DNA of 64,000 nt from Flavobacteriaceae bacterium (GCA_947456955.1 CANGTQ010000005.1:8880-72879), one strand, 5' to 3'; positions 1-9,687 are shown, counted from the first letter of the stretch. Program-made: numbers and translations. The notes: a model not told the origin generated them from the letters alone.

Positions 1-357
1 TGGATGAACCACTAACCCTGGTGGTTTATTAATAACCAACAACGAATCGTCTTCATAAACAATATCTAAAGGAATATTTTCCGGTAGTATCAGATTTTCA
101 AAAGGCGGATGCGATAACATTACACGAACCACATCAAAAGGCTTGACTCTGTAACTCGACTTTACCGGAATATCATTTACCCAAATATTGCCATCATCGG
201 CTGCTTTCTGAATTTTGTTTCGAGTAGCATTGGCAATCAACTGCATCAAAAATTTATCAACACGCAACAACGATTGCCCTTTGTCAGCAACATGTCGGTG
301 GTGTTCAAATAATTCCTCTTCTTCTAATTCAGGTGTATTATCCGTATTATTGTCCAT
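1..357 (-). CDS. rluD: RluA/RluD-family pseudouridine synthase, N-terminal part (gene runs off window start)
   Basis: Own translation of minus strand from ATG at 357: MDNNTDNTPELEEEELFEHHRHVADKGQSLLRVDKFLMQLIANATRNKIQKAADDGNIWVNDIPVKSSYRVKPFDVVRV...DSLLVINKPPGLVVHP. This is an S4-like RNA-binding segment followed by the INKPxGxxVHP entry into the RluA catalytic domain. It overlaps the stop of the upstream PASTA gene by 11 nt. Confidence 0.8.
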   Translation of the reverse strand, partial: MDNNTDNTPELEEEELFEHHRHVADKGQSLLRVDKFLMQLIANATRNKIQKAADDGNIWVNDIPVKSSYRVKPFDVVRVMLSHPPFENLILPENIPLDIVYEDDSLLVINKPPGLVVHP

Positions 358-964
358 CTAATGGAATAATTTCAGTAGAATCTACAGCAGTAGAGTCAAC
401 AGTTTCTTCATAAGTAATTTTCCCATCGCCAAGAACCAAATCAATTTTGGATGATTTTAAGACTTTGTCACCTGCTTTTAATTTCTTTCCGTTCTGACGC
501 AATTCAAGAACCATGTCTTTCCCTAAATAAGGTTTATAGGTAATTGTACCTTCTAATAAGCCAATGGCTTTGAGCGTTGGCACTGCCTGACGATATGTTT
601 TTTCAATCAAATCAGGTACGGCAACCATCGTATATTTATAAGCATTTATTTTGATATAAATCTTTCTGCCTTCTTTTACTTTGGCACCAGCTTTTGGCTC
701 TTGTTCTACAATAGTTAACTTCGGAAAATCGGGTTTGAAATCAACAGTATCAAGGATTATATAATCTAAATCGACAGCACTTAATTTTTCTTCTGCTTGT
801 TCCACAGAAAGTTTAGCCAAATCAGGAACTGTAATTTCCTGTCCGTGATGCGTGGTATAGGTTATCCAATGAAAAAATAAAAACGCGATAGCGGCAAAAA
901 TGGCCATTGCGAGAAGAATTTGGGTAAAAAAAACGCGGCTGATTAAATACTTTCGTAAACTCAT
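347..964 (-). CDS. PASTA domain-containing membrane protein
   Basis: ORF 347..1027. Single N-terminal TM (ILLAMAIFAAIAFLFFHWI) then repeated PASTA-like units (VPDL...). Start moved to MSLRKYL (964) because the first 21 codons run into the TTAGAC word repeat. Classic rluD-PASTA / ddl divergent arrangement. Confidence 0.75.
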   Translation of the reverse strand: MSLRKYLISRVFFTQILLAMAIFAAIAFLFFHWITYTTHHGQEITVPDLAKLSVEQAEEKLSAVDLDYIILDTVDFKPDFPKLTIVEQEPKAGAKVKEGRKIYIKINAYKYTMVAVPDLIEKTYRQAVPTLKAIGLLEGTITYKPYLGKDMVLELRQNGKKLKAGDKVLKSSKIDLVLGDGKITYEETVDSTAVDSTEIIPLDGQ

Positions 965-1199
965 AAAGAATTTTAATTTGCACAAAGATATAAAAAAGAT
1001 GCGCTTCACTATTAGATTTTTAGACATGCTATTTGGACTTTTAGAAACGCTTCGCTATTAGACAATTAGACACGCCCTTCGGGATATTAGACATGCTGCG
1101 CTCTTATACAGTTAGGAATATCTAACAATCTAAGAAGTCTAAAAGGCGCAGCCAAATCTAAAAATCTAAGAGGCATAGCCGTATCTAACAAAAAAATGA

Positions 1200-1207
1200 T
1201 AATTTTG
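1200..1207 (+). promoter_or_regulatory. Candidate Bacteroidota -7 promoter box (TAATTTTG) for ddl
   Basis: Exact match to TAnnTTTG 23 nt upstream of ddl ATG. No clear -33 TTG. Confidence 0.35.
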
Positions 1208-1229
1208 TTTAACCTAACATCCAGTAAAA

Positions 1230-2204
1230 ATGAAAAAAATTGCCATCATCATGGGCGGTTATTCCAGCGAATACAAAATATCGTTAACGAGTGGAAATGT
1301 AGTTTATCAAAACTTAGACAAAACAAAATTCAAAGGATACCGTATCCATATTTTTAAAGAAAAATGGGTTTATGTTGATGACAATGATACTGAATTCCAG
1401 ATAGATAAAAATGATTTTTCGGTTACTGTAAGCAATGAAAAAATTACGTTTGATTGTGTATTTAATGCCATTCACGGAACACCTGGTGAAGATGGATTAA
1501 TGCAGGGGTATTTTGAATTATTAGGAATTCCGCAAAACTCCTGCGATTATTATCAGGCGGCATTGACATTTAACAAACGTGATTTATTATCGGTTCTAAA
1601 ACCCTACGGTATAAAATCGGCTACCTCCTATTATTTAAATCTTGGTGATGAAATCAAGCAGGATGAAATTCTAGCAAAAGTGGGATTACCTTGTTTTGTT
1701 AAACCAAACAAATCGGGTTCCAGTTTTGGAATCAGTAAAGTAAAAACCAAAGACGAACTTTTATTTGCGATTGCCAATGCTTACAAAGAAGACAATGAAA
1801 TAATCATCGAAAGCTTTCTTGACGGAACCGAAGTTTCTGTTGGTGTCATTAACTATAAAGGAGAAACCATAGTTTTGCCTATTACCGAAATAGTATCCGA
1901 AAATGATTTCTTTGATTACGAAGCCAAATATCTTGGGAAATCACAGGAAATAACACCAGCCCGAATTTCTGAAGACATAGCCGAAAAAATTAGAGTTGTT
2001 GCCAAAAAAGCCTATACGATTTTAAAAATGAGTGGATTTTCGAGAAGCGAATTTATCATTGTAGAAGGAGAACCCTTTATGTTAGAAATGAATACCATTC
2101 CGGGACTAACGACCGAAAGTTTGATTCCGCAACAAGCACATGCAGCTGGAATTGCGTTGGAAGATTTATTTAGCAACTCAATTGAATTAGCATTAAAAAA
2201 GTAA
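1230..2204 (+). CDS. ddl: D-alanine--D-alanine ligase
   Basis: ATP-grasp Ddl motifs MGGYSSEYKISL, HGTPGEDG, FVKPNKSGSSFGISKV, EMNTIPGLT. 324 aa. Confidence 0.93.
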   Translation: MKKIAIIMGGYSSEYKISLTSGNVVYQNLDKTKFKGYRIHIFKEKWVYVDDNDTEFQIDKNDFSVTVSNEKITFDCVFNAIHGTPGEDGLMQGYFELLGIPQNSCDYYQAALTFNKRDLLSVLKPYGIKSATSYYLNLGDEIKQDEILAKVGLPCFVKPNKSGSSFGISKVKTKDELLFAIANAYKEDNEIIIESFLDGTEVSVGVINYKGETIVLPITEIVSENDFFDYEAKYLGKSQEITPARISEDIAEKIRVVAKKAYTILKMSGFSRSEFIIVEGEPFMLEMNTIPGLTTESLIPQQAHAAGIALEDLFSNSIELALKK

Positions 2205-2282
2205 AACGTTGCTGTTGTCGGTTTTGAGTTGTCAGTTTTACAACCAAAAACAGATAACAGATAACAGAAAACAGATAACAAA

Positions 2283-2744
2283 ATGAAAAGAAAAGCCGTT
2301 TTCCCAGGTTCGTTTGACCCACTTACTTTAGGGCATTATGATATTATACAAAGAGGCATTTCACTTTTTGATGAAGTTATTGTGGCGATTGGTATCAATG
2401 CCGAAAAAAAATATATGTTCACATTAGAGGAGCGCAAAAAGTTTATAGAAGTTGCTTTCAAAGACGAGCCAAAAGTAAGAGTGATTACTTATGAAGGGTT
2501 AACCATTGATTTGTGCCGAAAATTAGACGCTGAGTTTATCCTACGTGGCTTGCGAAATCCGGCCGATTTTGAGTTCGAAAAAGCTATTGCACATACCAAC
2601 AGGAGATTGTCAAAAATTGAAACAGTCTTTCTTCTAACCGCTTCCAAAACATCGTATATTTCATCAAGCATTGTTCGCGATGTGATTAGAAATGGCGGCG
2701 ATTACTCCGTTTTGGTTCCGGATAGTGTGGTGGTAAAAAAATAG
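2283..2744 (+). CDS. coaD: Phosphopantetheine adenylyltransferase
   Basis: FPGSFDPLTLGHYDII (HxGH nucleotidyltransferase motif), ISSSIVRD. 153 aa. Confidence 0.93.
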   Translation: MKRKAVFPGSFDPLTLGHYDIIQRGISLFDEVIVAIGINAEKKYMFTLEERKKFIEVAFKDEPKVRVITYEGLTIDLCRKLDAEFILRGLRNPADFEFEKAIAHTNRRLSKIETVFLLTASKTSYISSSIVRDVIRNGGDYSVLVPDSVVVKK

Positions 2745-2911
2745 TGTGATTTTTTTTTTATGAGTGTTAAAATTCTTTTACCTCAAAATCTTAATTAGCT
2801 GTTTTATTTTTATTAAACCTAGAGGGTTATTACATTCAGAATATATAAATTACATTTATAAAATATTTTGATTTAAACATTTTTTTTGAATCTAATTTAA
2901 CAGCTATTTTT

Positions 2912-4213
2912 ATGAGTACACATCTTAAGAAGACACTTTCACCAATACTTCTATGGGGACTTGGAGTAGGATATGTAATATCTGGAATGTATTTTGGTTG
3001 GAATTTGGGTCTTGAAAAAGGAGGTACTTTTGGAATGGCAATTGCCACTCTCATTATAACAATTATGTATGTTTGCTTTAGCTTTTCCTATTGCGAATTA
3101 TCATGTGCAATTCCAAAAGCAGGCGGTGGTTTCGATTATGCTAACAGGGCATTAGGAAAGGATATAGGATTTATTACAGGAATAGCCCAAGTTATTGAAT
3201 TTGTATTTGCTCCTCCAGCTATCGCAATTGCAATCGGGGCTTATTTAAACCTTTCATTTCCTCAAATTCCAATTATACAAACTGCAATTATTGTTTACTT
3301 ATTATTTACCACGCTTAATGTATTGGGTGTAAAAATAGCAGCTACTTTTGAATTGTTTATTACTATACTTGCTGTTGCAGAGTTATTGCTTTTTTTTGGA
3401 GTGACAATCCCCCATTTTTCCGCAGATAACTTCACAAAAAATGCAAGTATAAATGGTTGGGGTGGAATCTTTGCCGCTATTCCATTTGCAATTTGGTTTT
3501 TTCTAGGTATTGAAGGTGTTGCAAATGTTGCAGAAGAAACCGTAAATCCCCAAAAAAATATTACAAAAGGATTTGGAAGTGCTATGCTTACACTAGTTAT
3601 ATTATGTGTTATGGTATTTGTTGCTTCAATTGGCGTAGGTGGATGGGAGGAAATTGTATACAAATCAGACAGTAGTTTATCCGATTCACCGCTTCCTTTA
3701 GCAATGGCAAAAGCAGTATCAAAAGATAGTTTAATGTACCAATTAATTATTGGCGTTGGGCTATTTGGACTTATAGCATCATTTCATGGATTAATACTTG
3801 CCGGAGGAAGAGCCACTATGGAACTAGGAAAAATAAATTTTGCACCAAAATTTTTAGGTAAAATAAACACAAAATTTTCAACTCCTACAAATGCACTAAT
3901 CGTAAATATGATTCTTGGAATTGCAGCTTTGTATACTAATAAAACAGGAGAAATAATAACAATAGCTGTTTTTGGAGCACTTACTTTATATATTATTTCT
4001 ATGATATCGTTATTAAAATTGAGAAAAACAGAACCCAATTTAGAAAGACCATTTGTTGTACCATTTTATCCAATTCTTCCAATAACAGCATTGTTAATAG
4101 GTTTTTTATCCATAATTACAATGAGTTATTTCAATCCCGTTTTGGCTTTATTGTATTTTGGAACAGTAGTTTTAGGTTACATCCTCTTCAAAATATTTTA
4201 TAAAACTAAATAA
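2912..4213 (+). CDS. eat: Ethanolamine permease (APC superfamily)
   Basis: 433 aa, about 12 hydrophobic helices, APC-type N-terminus (LWGLGVGYVISGMYFGWN). Immediately upstream of eutBC. Confidence 0.8.
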   Translation: MSTHLKKTLSPILLWGLGVGYVISGMYFGWNLGLEKGGTFGMAIATLIITIMYVCFSFSYCELSCAIPKAGGGFDYANRALGKDIGFITGIAQVIEFVFAPPAIAIAIGAYLNLSFPQIPIIQTAIIVYLLFTTLNVLGVKIAATFELFITILAVAELLLFFGVTIPHFSADNFTKNASINGWGGIFAAIPFAIWFFLGIEGVANVAEETVNPQKNITKGFGSAMLTLVILCVMVFVASIGVGGWEEIVYKSDSSLSDSPLPLAMAKAVSKDSLMYQLIIGVGLFGLIASFHGLILAGGRATMELGKINFAPKFLGKINTKFSTPTNALIVNMILGIAALYTNKTGEIITIAVFGALTLYIISMISLLKLRKTEPNLERPFVVPFYPILPITALLIGFLSIITMSYFNPVLALLYFGTVVLGYILFKIFYKTK

Positions 4214-4261
4214 CTATTGTAAAAGACCAAATTCTATCAAATTAGACTTTTAAAAAAATCA

Positions 4262-5638
4262 ATGTACAAACACACAGTAAATAATATTGTTTTTGTTTTC
4301 AATACGCTAGCCGAATTAATGGCCAAAGCTACACCGGCACGTTCTGGAGATATTTTGGCCGGAATTGCAGCAAAATCATATCAAGAACGTGTTGCTGCTC
4401 AAATGGCACTTTCAGAAATTCCAATTCGTGAATTTTTAAATGAACCATTGATTCCCTATGAAACTGATGAAGTTACTCGGTTGATTTTTGATAGTCATGA
4501 CAAGGAGGGTTTTAAAAGCATATCTCATTTAACCGTAGGTGATTTCCGTAATTATTTACTCGAAAATAATGTACAGAAAAAAGAATTAACTAGTATACAA
4601 AAATCAATTACTCCTGAAATAGCTGCTGCAGTTTCTAAAATTATGAGCCTACAAGATTTGATACTTGTTAGTTCAAAATGTGAAGTAATCACTAAATTTA
4701 GAACTACAGTTGGATTAAAGGGTCATTTATCGACGCGACTTCAACCTAACCATCCAACAGATGACGTTAAAGGAATACTTGCCTCGGTGGTTGACGGCCT
4801 TTTTTACGGAAGTGGAGATGCACTTATTGGTATAAACCCTGCATTTGACAATATTAATACACAAATCAATTTATTAAAAATGCTGGATGATGTTAGACAG
4901 CAATATAAAATACCAACACAGATTTGTATTCTTAGTCATATTACAAATACAATAATGTCTATTGAAAAAGGAGCTCCAGTAGATTTAGTTTTTCAATCAA
5001 TCGGCGGAACCGAAAAAACAAATAAAAGTTTCGGTATCAATTTATCTATATTAAAAGAAGGCTACGAGGCTGCACAATCATTATCAAGAGGCTCAATAGG
5101 AAATAATGTTATGTATTTTGAAACAGGGCAAGGCAGTTCACTTTCTTCTAACTCCAATCATGGAATTGACCAACAAACTTTAGAAGCGCGTTCCTATGCT
5201 GTAGCACGTGAATTCAATCCTTTTTTAGTTAATTCAGTAGTGGGCTTTATTGGTCCAGAATATCTATTTGATGGAAAACAGATTATAAGAGCTGGACTAG
5301 AAGATCATTTTTGCGCTAAAATCATGGGGCTACCAATGGGTTGCGATATTTGCTATACCAATCATGCTGAAGCAGACCAAGATGATATGGATACGTTATT
5401 AACGCTCTTAGGAACCGCAGGATGCAATTTTATAATGGGAATTCCTGGAGCAGATGATATTATGTTAAATTATCAAAGCACTTCTTTTCATGATGCCTTA
5501 TATATTAGAAAACTTCTTGGACTTAAACCAGCACCCGAATTTGAAGAATGGCTAATCAAAAATGGGATAATGAATCATAATAATGAACTTTTACCACATA
5601 AAAGTCAACACAAATTATTAGAATTAATCAATAAATAA
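4262..5638 (+). CDS. eutB: Ethanolamine ammonia-lyase large subunit
   Basis: 458 aa, full-length EutB-like (GINPAFDN, MGLPMGCDICYTNH, TSFHDALY). Confidence 0.92.
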   Translation: MYKHTVNNIVFVFNTLAELMAKATPARSGDILAGIAAKSYQERVAAQMALSEIPIREFLNEPLIPYETDEVTRLIFDSHDKEGFKSISHLTVGDFRNYLLENNVQKKELTSIQKSITPEIAAAVSKIMSLQDLILVSSKCEVITKFRTTVGLKGHLSTRLQPNHPTDDVKGILASVVDGLFYGSGDALIGINPAFDNINTQINLLKMLDDVRQQYKIPTQICILSHITNTIMSIEKGAPVDLVFQSIGGTEKTNKSFGINLSILKEGYEAAQSLSRGSIGNNVMYFETGQGSSLSSNSNHGIDQQTLEARSYAVAREFNPFLVNSVVGFIGPEYLFDGKQIIRAGLEDHFCAKIMGLPMGCDICYTNHAEADQDDMDTLLTLLGTAGCNFIMGIPGADDIMLNYQSTSFHDALYIRKLLGLKPAPEFEEWLIKNGIMNHNNELLPHKSQHKLLELINK

Positions 5639-5646
5639 TTTTAGTT

Positions 5647-6387
5647 ATGGAGTTGGACGATTGGCATATTTTAAAAAAATATACGAATGCAAGAATTGCA
5701 CTTGGTAGATCAGGAAATTCATTACCAACTAATAAGGTTTTAGAGTTTCGAATGGCACATGCACTTGCAAAAGACGCTATAAGTACTGAGCTAGACGTAT
5801 TAAATTTAGTTGAAGATGCAAAAAAGCTTAGTTTAAAAAGTATTTTAGTTCAAAGCCAAATAAGTAACGGGATTGACTATCTAAAGAATCCTAATATTGG
5901 AAGAATTCTTAATGAAGTAAGCATAAAAAAACTGAAAGATTGGCCTGAAAAAAAAATAACTTTATCTATAATTATTGCAGATGGATTATCGGCTGAAGCT
6001 GTAAATCTTCATGCTATTAAACTAATAGAACATTTAATTCCTAAATTAAAATTTAAAACTATATCTCCCATTATAATAGTAAAATATGGAAGAGTTGCGA
6101 TTTCAGATGAAATTGGAGAAATACTAAACTCAAGTATTGCTTTGATTTTGATTGGAGAAAGACCAGGATTAAGTTCGCCTACAAGTATGGGTGCCTATAT
6201 TACTTATAATCCAAAAAAAGGAAATACAGATGAAAAAAGAAATTGTGTTTCTAACATACAAAGTGAAGGTTTGTCATATGAATTTGCAGCAATGAAATTG
6301 GCTTATTTAATTGACGAAATGTTATTTAAAAAACTATCAGGAGTAGATTTAAAAGATGATTTTTCAGATAAATACATCAATAAATAA
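5647..6387 (+). CDS. eutC: Ethanolamine ammonia-lyase small subunit
   Basis: 8 nt after eutB. IGERPGLSSP motif and length (246 aa) typical of EutC. Confidence 0.9.
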   Translation: MELDDWHILKKYTNARIALGRSGNSLPTNKVLEFRMAHALAKDAISTELDVLNLVEDAKKLSLKSILVQSQISNGIDYLKNPNIGRILNEVSIKKLKDWPEKKITLSIIIADGLSAEAVNLHAIKLIEHLIPKLKFKTISPIIIVKYGRVAISDEIGEILNSSIALILIGERPGLSSPTSMGAYITYNPKKGNTDEKRNCVSNIQSEGLSYEFAAMKLAYLIDEMLFKKLSGVDLKDDFSDKYINK

Positions 6388-6422
6388 ATTGAAACTATTT
6401 AAATCCAAAAAGTAAATAATTA

Positions 6423-7769
6423 TTACTCCTCTGATTTCTTAATTACTTTTCTCGCGACTTCAATCTTAAACTTCTTCCCTTTCATTTTTTCATCGCGAAT
6501 ATTGGAAAGCAATTCTTTTACTTTTTTAGATTTTACCGCGGCAAACGAAATAAAATCCTTGACTTCTATTAAACCCAAATCGCCTTTTTCGAGTTTTCCT
6601 TTTTGGGAAAAGAAACCTACGATGTCTATTTTATTGAGTTTGTTTTTCTTGCCTCCACTGATGTAAATTGTTTGGAATTCAGGTGATTTTGGTAATTTGG
6701 TTGCGTTGACGACTTTTAAAACCGACATTCCATAATCGATATAATCGAGTTTTTTTTCACTTTCGTGGAAAATGATATAAGCAGTACCGGAAGCCAGCAT
6801 ACGAGCAGTTCGTCCGTTTCTGTGGGTGAATTCGTCTTCCTTTGAGGGCAAATGATAATGTATTACGTGTTTCATTTCGGGAATATCCAAACCACGTGCT
6901 GCCAAATCGGTGGTAACCAAATAACTGACGCTTCCGTTTCTGAACTGAATTAAAGCGCGTTCGCGTTCGTCCTGATCCATGCCGCCGTGGTAGTAGGTGG
7001 CGTAGATTCCTTTTTCGTTTAGCGCATCGCTAATACGTTCAGCCGCGTCTCTGTGATTGCAAAAGATTAAAGCCGATTCCGATTGTAAGGAACAAATCAA
7101 ATTAAATAAACTGCCAATCTTATCTTTCTCTTTTGAAACTACCATTTTCATCGAAAGATTTACTTTAGCTTCTTCCGTAGGAATAAAATCTAAAACCCTT
7201 GGATTTACAACTCGCGTATATTTTGGGATTTCAATTCCGGCTGTTGCCGAAACCAATATTCGTTTATTTAATTTGGATAATTTACTGATGATAAATGACA
7301 TTTCTTCATGAAAACCCAGTTGCAGTGATTTGTCAAATTCATCCAAAATCAATATCTCAATGCGGTCGACTTTAAAAGTGCCGCGGTCAAGATGATCGGC
7401 AATTCGACCCGGAGTTCCAATTAAAACTGTCGGAGGATTAGACAAGTTTTTGATTTCTATATCAATCGAATGGCCGCCATAGCAAACGTTGACTTTATAA
7501 TTGGTACCCATTTTTTTCCAAACTTGCTCAATCTGTATTCCCAACTCTCTTGATGGTACTAAAATCAAACATTGCACTCCAGCCACATACTCATCTAACA
7601 ACTCAAATATAGGCAATAAAAAAGCCAGTGTTTTCCCCGAACCTGTTGGCGATAGCAACAATACATTGCGGTCGTTTAGAATGGTTTCTTGGGCAGCGAT
7701 TTGCATTTCGTTTAAGCTATCGATGCCTAAATTTAATAGGATATTGTTGGAATGATGGTTATTTGTCAT
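6423..7769 (-). CDS. ATP-dependent DEAD-box RNA helicase with C-terminal DbpA-type RNA-binding domain
   Basis: Motifs SPTGSGKT (I), PSRELG (Ia), TPGR, DEFD (II), SAT (III), HRNGRTAR (VI). C-terminal GGKKNKLNKIDIVGF segment. Start placed at MTNNHH (7769) because the 23 upstream codons of ORF 6423..7838 translate the CAGTCT word repeat. Confidence 0.88.
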   Translation of the reverse strand: MTNNHHSNNILLNLGIDSLNEMQIAAQETILNDRNVLLLSPTGSGKTLAFLLPIFELLDEYVAGVQCLILVPSRELGIQIEQVWKKMGTNYKVNVCYGGHSIDIEIKNLSNPPTVLIGTPGRIADHLDRGTFKVDRIEILILDEFDKSLQLGFHEEMSFIISKLSKLNKRILVSATAGIEIPKYTRVVNPRVLDFIPTEEAKVNLSMKMVVSKEKDKIGSLFNLICSLQSESALIFCNHRDAAERISDALNEKGIYATYYHGGMDQDERERALIQFRNGSVSYLVTTDLAARGLDIPEMKHVIHYHLPSKEDEFTHRNGRTARMLASGTAYIIFHESEKKLDYIDYGMSVLKVVNATKLPKSPEFQTIYISGGKKNKLNKIDIVGFFSQKGKLEKGDLGLIEVKDFISFAAVKSKKVKELLSNIRDEKMKGKKFKIEVARKVIKKSEE

Positions 7770-7789
7770 TAGGCAAAGATAACTAAATA

Positions 7790-7877
7790 AGTAGGCAGTC
7801 TCAGTCTCAGTTTTCAGTTTGTCTACTGCGACTGACACGAGCGCAGCGAACTGACGAAGTAAAACTGCGACTGTATA
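7790..7877. repeat. Intergenic word repeat (CAGTCTCAG / ACTGCGACTG words)
   Basis: cagtctcagtctcagttttcagtttgtctactgcgactgac...gaactgacgaagtaaaactgcgactg. Same CAGTCT word as the 38.3 kb microsatellite. Confidence 0.7.
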
Positions 7878-8480
7878 CTATTTCAATAGCTTCTCTTCTT
7901 CAAACAATAACTTAATATTCTCATACGAATTTTTCAAGGCTTCTTTTATTTGCTCCGGGTTGAGCCATACCGCCTTTTCTATACCTTCATTGGCCTGTGG
8001 AAAGGGTGTTCCTTCAAAATTAGTTTGCATTTCAAACCAATGCGTTATTTTAAGTTTATACTTTCCATTTCGTTTAAAAATGTGATAGGTTTTTTGAAGT
8101 TTTCGGGTAATTTCTAATTTATTAACACCTGTCTCCTCTTCTACTTCACGCATAGCAGTATCAGCAATTTCTTCTTCTCTTTCTATTCCGCCTTTGGGTA
8201 AATCCCATTTTCCGTTTCTAAATATAAATAAAACATCACCATTTTTGTTAAAAACTAAGCCACCTCCTGCTTTGCAAACCGGAATTTTTTCCTTTAATTT
8301 TTTCAAAATGACTTTTTCATCAGGATAATACAAAGAAGCTTTCTGAATTTTATTTTGAAACATTTTTATGATGAGTTGCTCAATATCAATACTTTCCAGT
8401 AAAAAGAACTGAAAATCGGTTTCTTTCGAGATCTCATTAGTTAAAAAAAGTGGTTTATCGTTGACAAAAACTTTATACAT
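7878..8480 (-). CDS. Nudix hydrolase
   Basis: Nudix box GGIEREEEIADTAMREVEEETGV. Start at MYKVFVNDKPL (8480) preferred, alternative ATG at 8507. Confidence 0.85.
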   Translation of the reverse strand: MYKVFVNDKPLFLTNEISKETDFQFFLLESIDIEQLIIKMFQNKIQKASLYYPDEKVILKKLKEKIPVCKAGGGLVFNKNGDVLFIFRNGKWDLPKGGIEREEEIADTAMREVEEETGVNKLEITRKLQKTYHIFKRNGKYKLKITHWFEMQTNFEGTPFPQANEGIEKAVWLNPEQIKEALKNSYENIKLLFEEEKLLK

Positions 8481-8483
8481 TTG
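8476..8483 (+). promoter_or_regulatory. Candidate -7 box (TACATTTG) just upstream of pyrE start
   Basis: Exact TAnnTTTG 5 nt before ATG 8488. This would imply a near-leaderless pyrE mRNA. Lies inside the 5' end of the divergent Nudix ORF. Confidence 0.3.
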
Positions 8484-8487
8484 TACT

Positions 8488-9129
8488 ATGATTTTTAATA
8501 AAGACACAGCCGAAAAAACAGCCGAATTGCTTTTACAAATAAATGCAATTAAATTGAATCCAAAAAATCCTTTTACTTGGGCATCGGGTTGGCAATCTCC
8601 AATTTATTGTGACAACCGATTAATACTATCATTTCCAGCGATAAGAAATTTTGTACGAGAAGAATTTTCCAAACATATTGAAAAAGAATATGGTAAACCG
8701 GACGTCATTGCGGGAGTCGCAACTGGTGCTATCGGAATTGGGATGCTTGTAGCGGAATATATGGGATTGCCTTTTGTTTATGTCCGACCAGAACCCAAAA
8801 AACACGGTAGACAAAATCAGGTGGAAGGCTTTTTACAGAAAGGTCAGAATGTAGTTGTAGTAGAAGATTTAATTAGCACTGGAAATAGCAGTTTGTTAGC
8901 AGTAGAAGCCCTAAAAGAAGCTGGAGCGAATATCAAAGGTATGGTGGCTATTTTTACTTATGGTTTTGATGTCGCGAAAGAAAATTTCAAAAATGCCAAT
9001 ATCGAGTTAAACACTTTAGCCGATTATAATAATTTATTAGAATTGGCTGTTGCCAAAAATTATATTTCCGAAATAGAACTCAAAACATTGCAAGAATGGC
9101 GAGTGAGTCCCTCGACTTGGAAAGTGTAA
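8488..9129 (+). CDS. pyrE: Orotate phosphoribosyltransferase
   Basis: PRPP-binding motif VVVVEDLISTGNSS, WQSPIYCDNR. Start at MIFNKDTAEK (8488) rather than the track's 8461. Confidence 0.92.
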   Translation: MIFNKDTAEKTAELLLQINAIKLNPKNPFTWASGWQSPIYCDNRLILSFPAIRNFVREEFSKHIEKEYGKPDVIAGVATGAIGIGMLVAEYMGLPFVYVRPEPKKHGRQNQVEGFLQKGQNVVVVEDLISTGNSSLLAVEALKEAGANIKGMVAIFTYGFDVAKENFKNANIELNTLADYNNLLELAVAKNYISEIELKTLQEWRVSPSTWKV

Positions 9130-9243
9130 ATGAGATAATAGATAATAGACTGATAGATACATAGAAGGATAGATAATAGACGGATAGATAATAGACTATC
9201 TATTATTTGTCTATCATCTCTAATCTATTTGTCTCTCATCTCT
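9130..9243. repeat. Imperfect long palindrome built from GATAATAGAC words
   Basis: Left arm gagataatagataatagactgatagata...ggatagataatagac, right arm tatctattatttgtctatcatctctaatctatttgtctc. Inner stem ataataga/tctattat with a 3-nt loop, G-U rich extension. Confidence 0.8.
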
Positions 9244-9259
9244 TTAAAAAATAAAAACT

Positions 9260-9652
9260 ATGAACCTTGAAAGTCCAAAAGTTACCGTAGCTAAATCAGC
9301 ACAACACATCTTTGATTCCTTGTCAGATGTAAAAAACTTTGAAAAACTAATGCCAGAAAACATTGCTAAGTTTGAAGTTTTAGGGGATGATATTTTCAAC
9401 TTTGGTTTAAAAGGAATGCCTGAAATCAAATTGAAAATGAAAGACAAAACACCATACTCAAAAGTGATCTTAGCAGCAGCGAGCGATAAATTACCATTTA
9501 CTCTAACAGCAAACATCGATGCTATTTCTGATGCGCAAAGTGCTGTGCAATTACACTTTGAAGGCGATTTCAATCCAATGATGGCGATGATGATTAAAGG
9601 ACCAATCTCAAAGTTTATTGAGACGTTGGCAGAGAATATGAATAAGCTTTAA
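9260..9652 (+). CDS. SRPBCC-family (START/polyketide-cyclase-like) small protein
   Basis: 130 aa, N-terminal SPKVTVAKSAQHIFDSLSDVKNFEKLMPE pattern typical of SRPBCC ligand-binding proteins. Assignment by pattern only. Confidence 0.55.
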   Translation: MNLESPKVTVAKSAQHIFDSLSDVKNFEKLMPENIAKFEVLGDDIFNFGLKGMPEIKLKMKDKTPYSKVILAAASDKLPFTLTANIDAISDAQSAVQLHFEGDFNPMMAMMIKGPISKFIETLAENMNKL

Positions 9653-9687
9653 CAGTAAGAATAAAGAAAATATAGAAAATAGACTAA

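Noticed and set aside
2012-2281. 89-aa minus-strand ORF overlapping the ddl 3' end
   Set aside because: It is antisense to a well-supported gene, and its N-terminus is read from the CAGATAA word repeat. The same reasoning applies to 35377..35589, which is read from the heptamer repeats.
2745-2911. Cobalamin riboswitch upstream of the eut genes
   Set aside because: The region is extremely AT-rich, with no B12-box-like GC-rich core or multi-helix potential.
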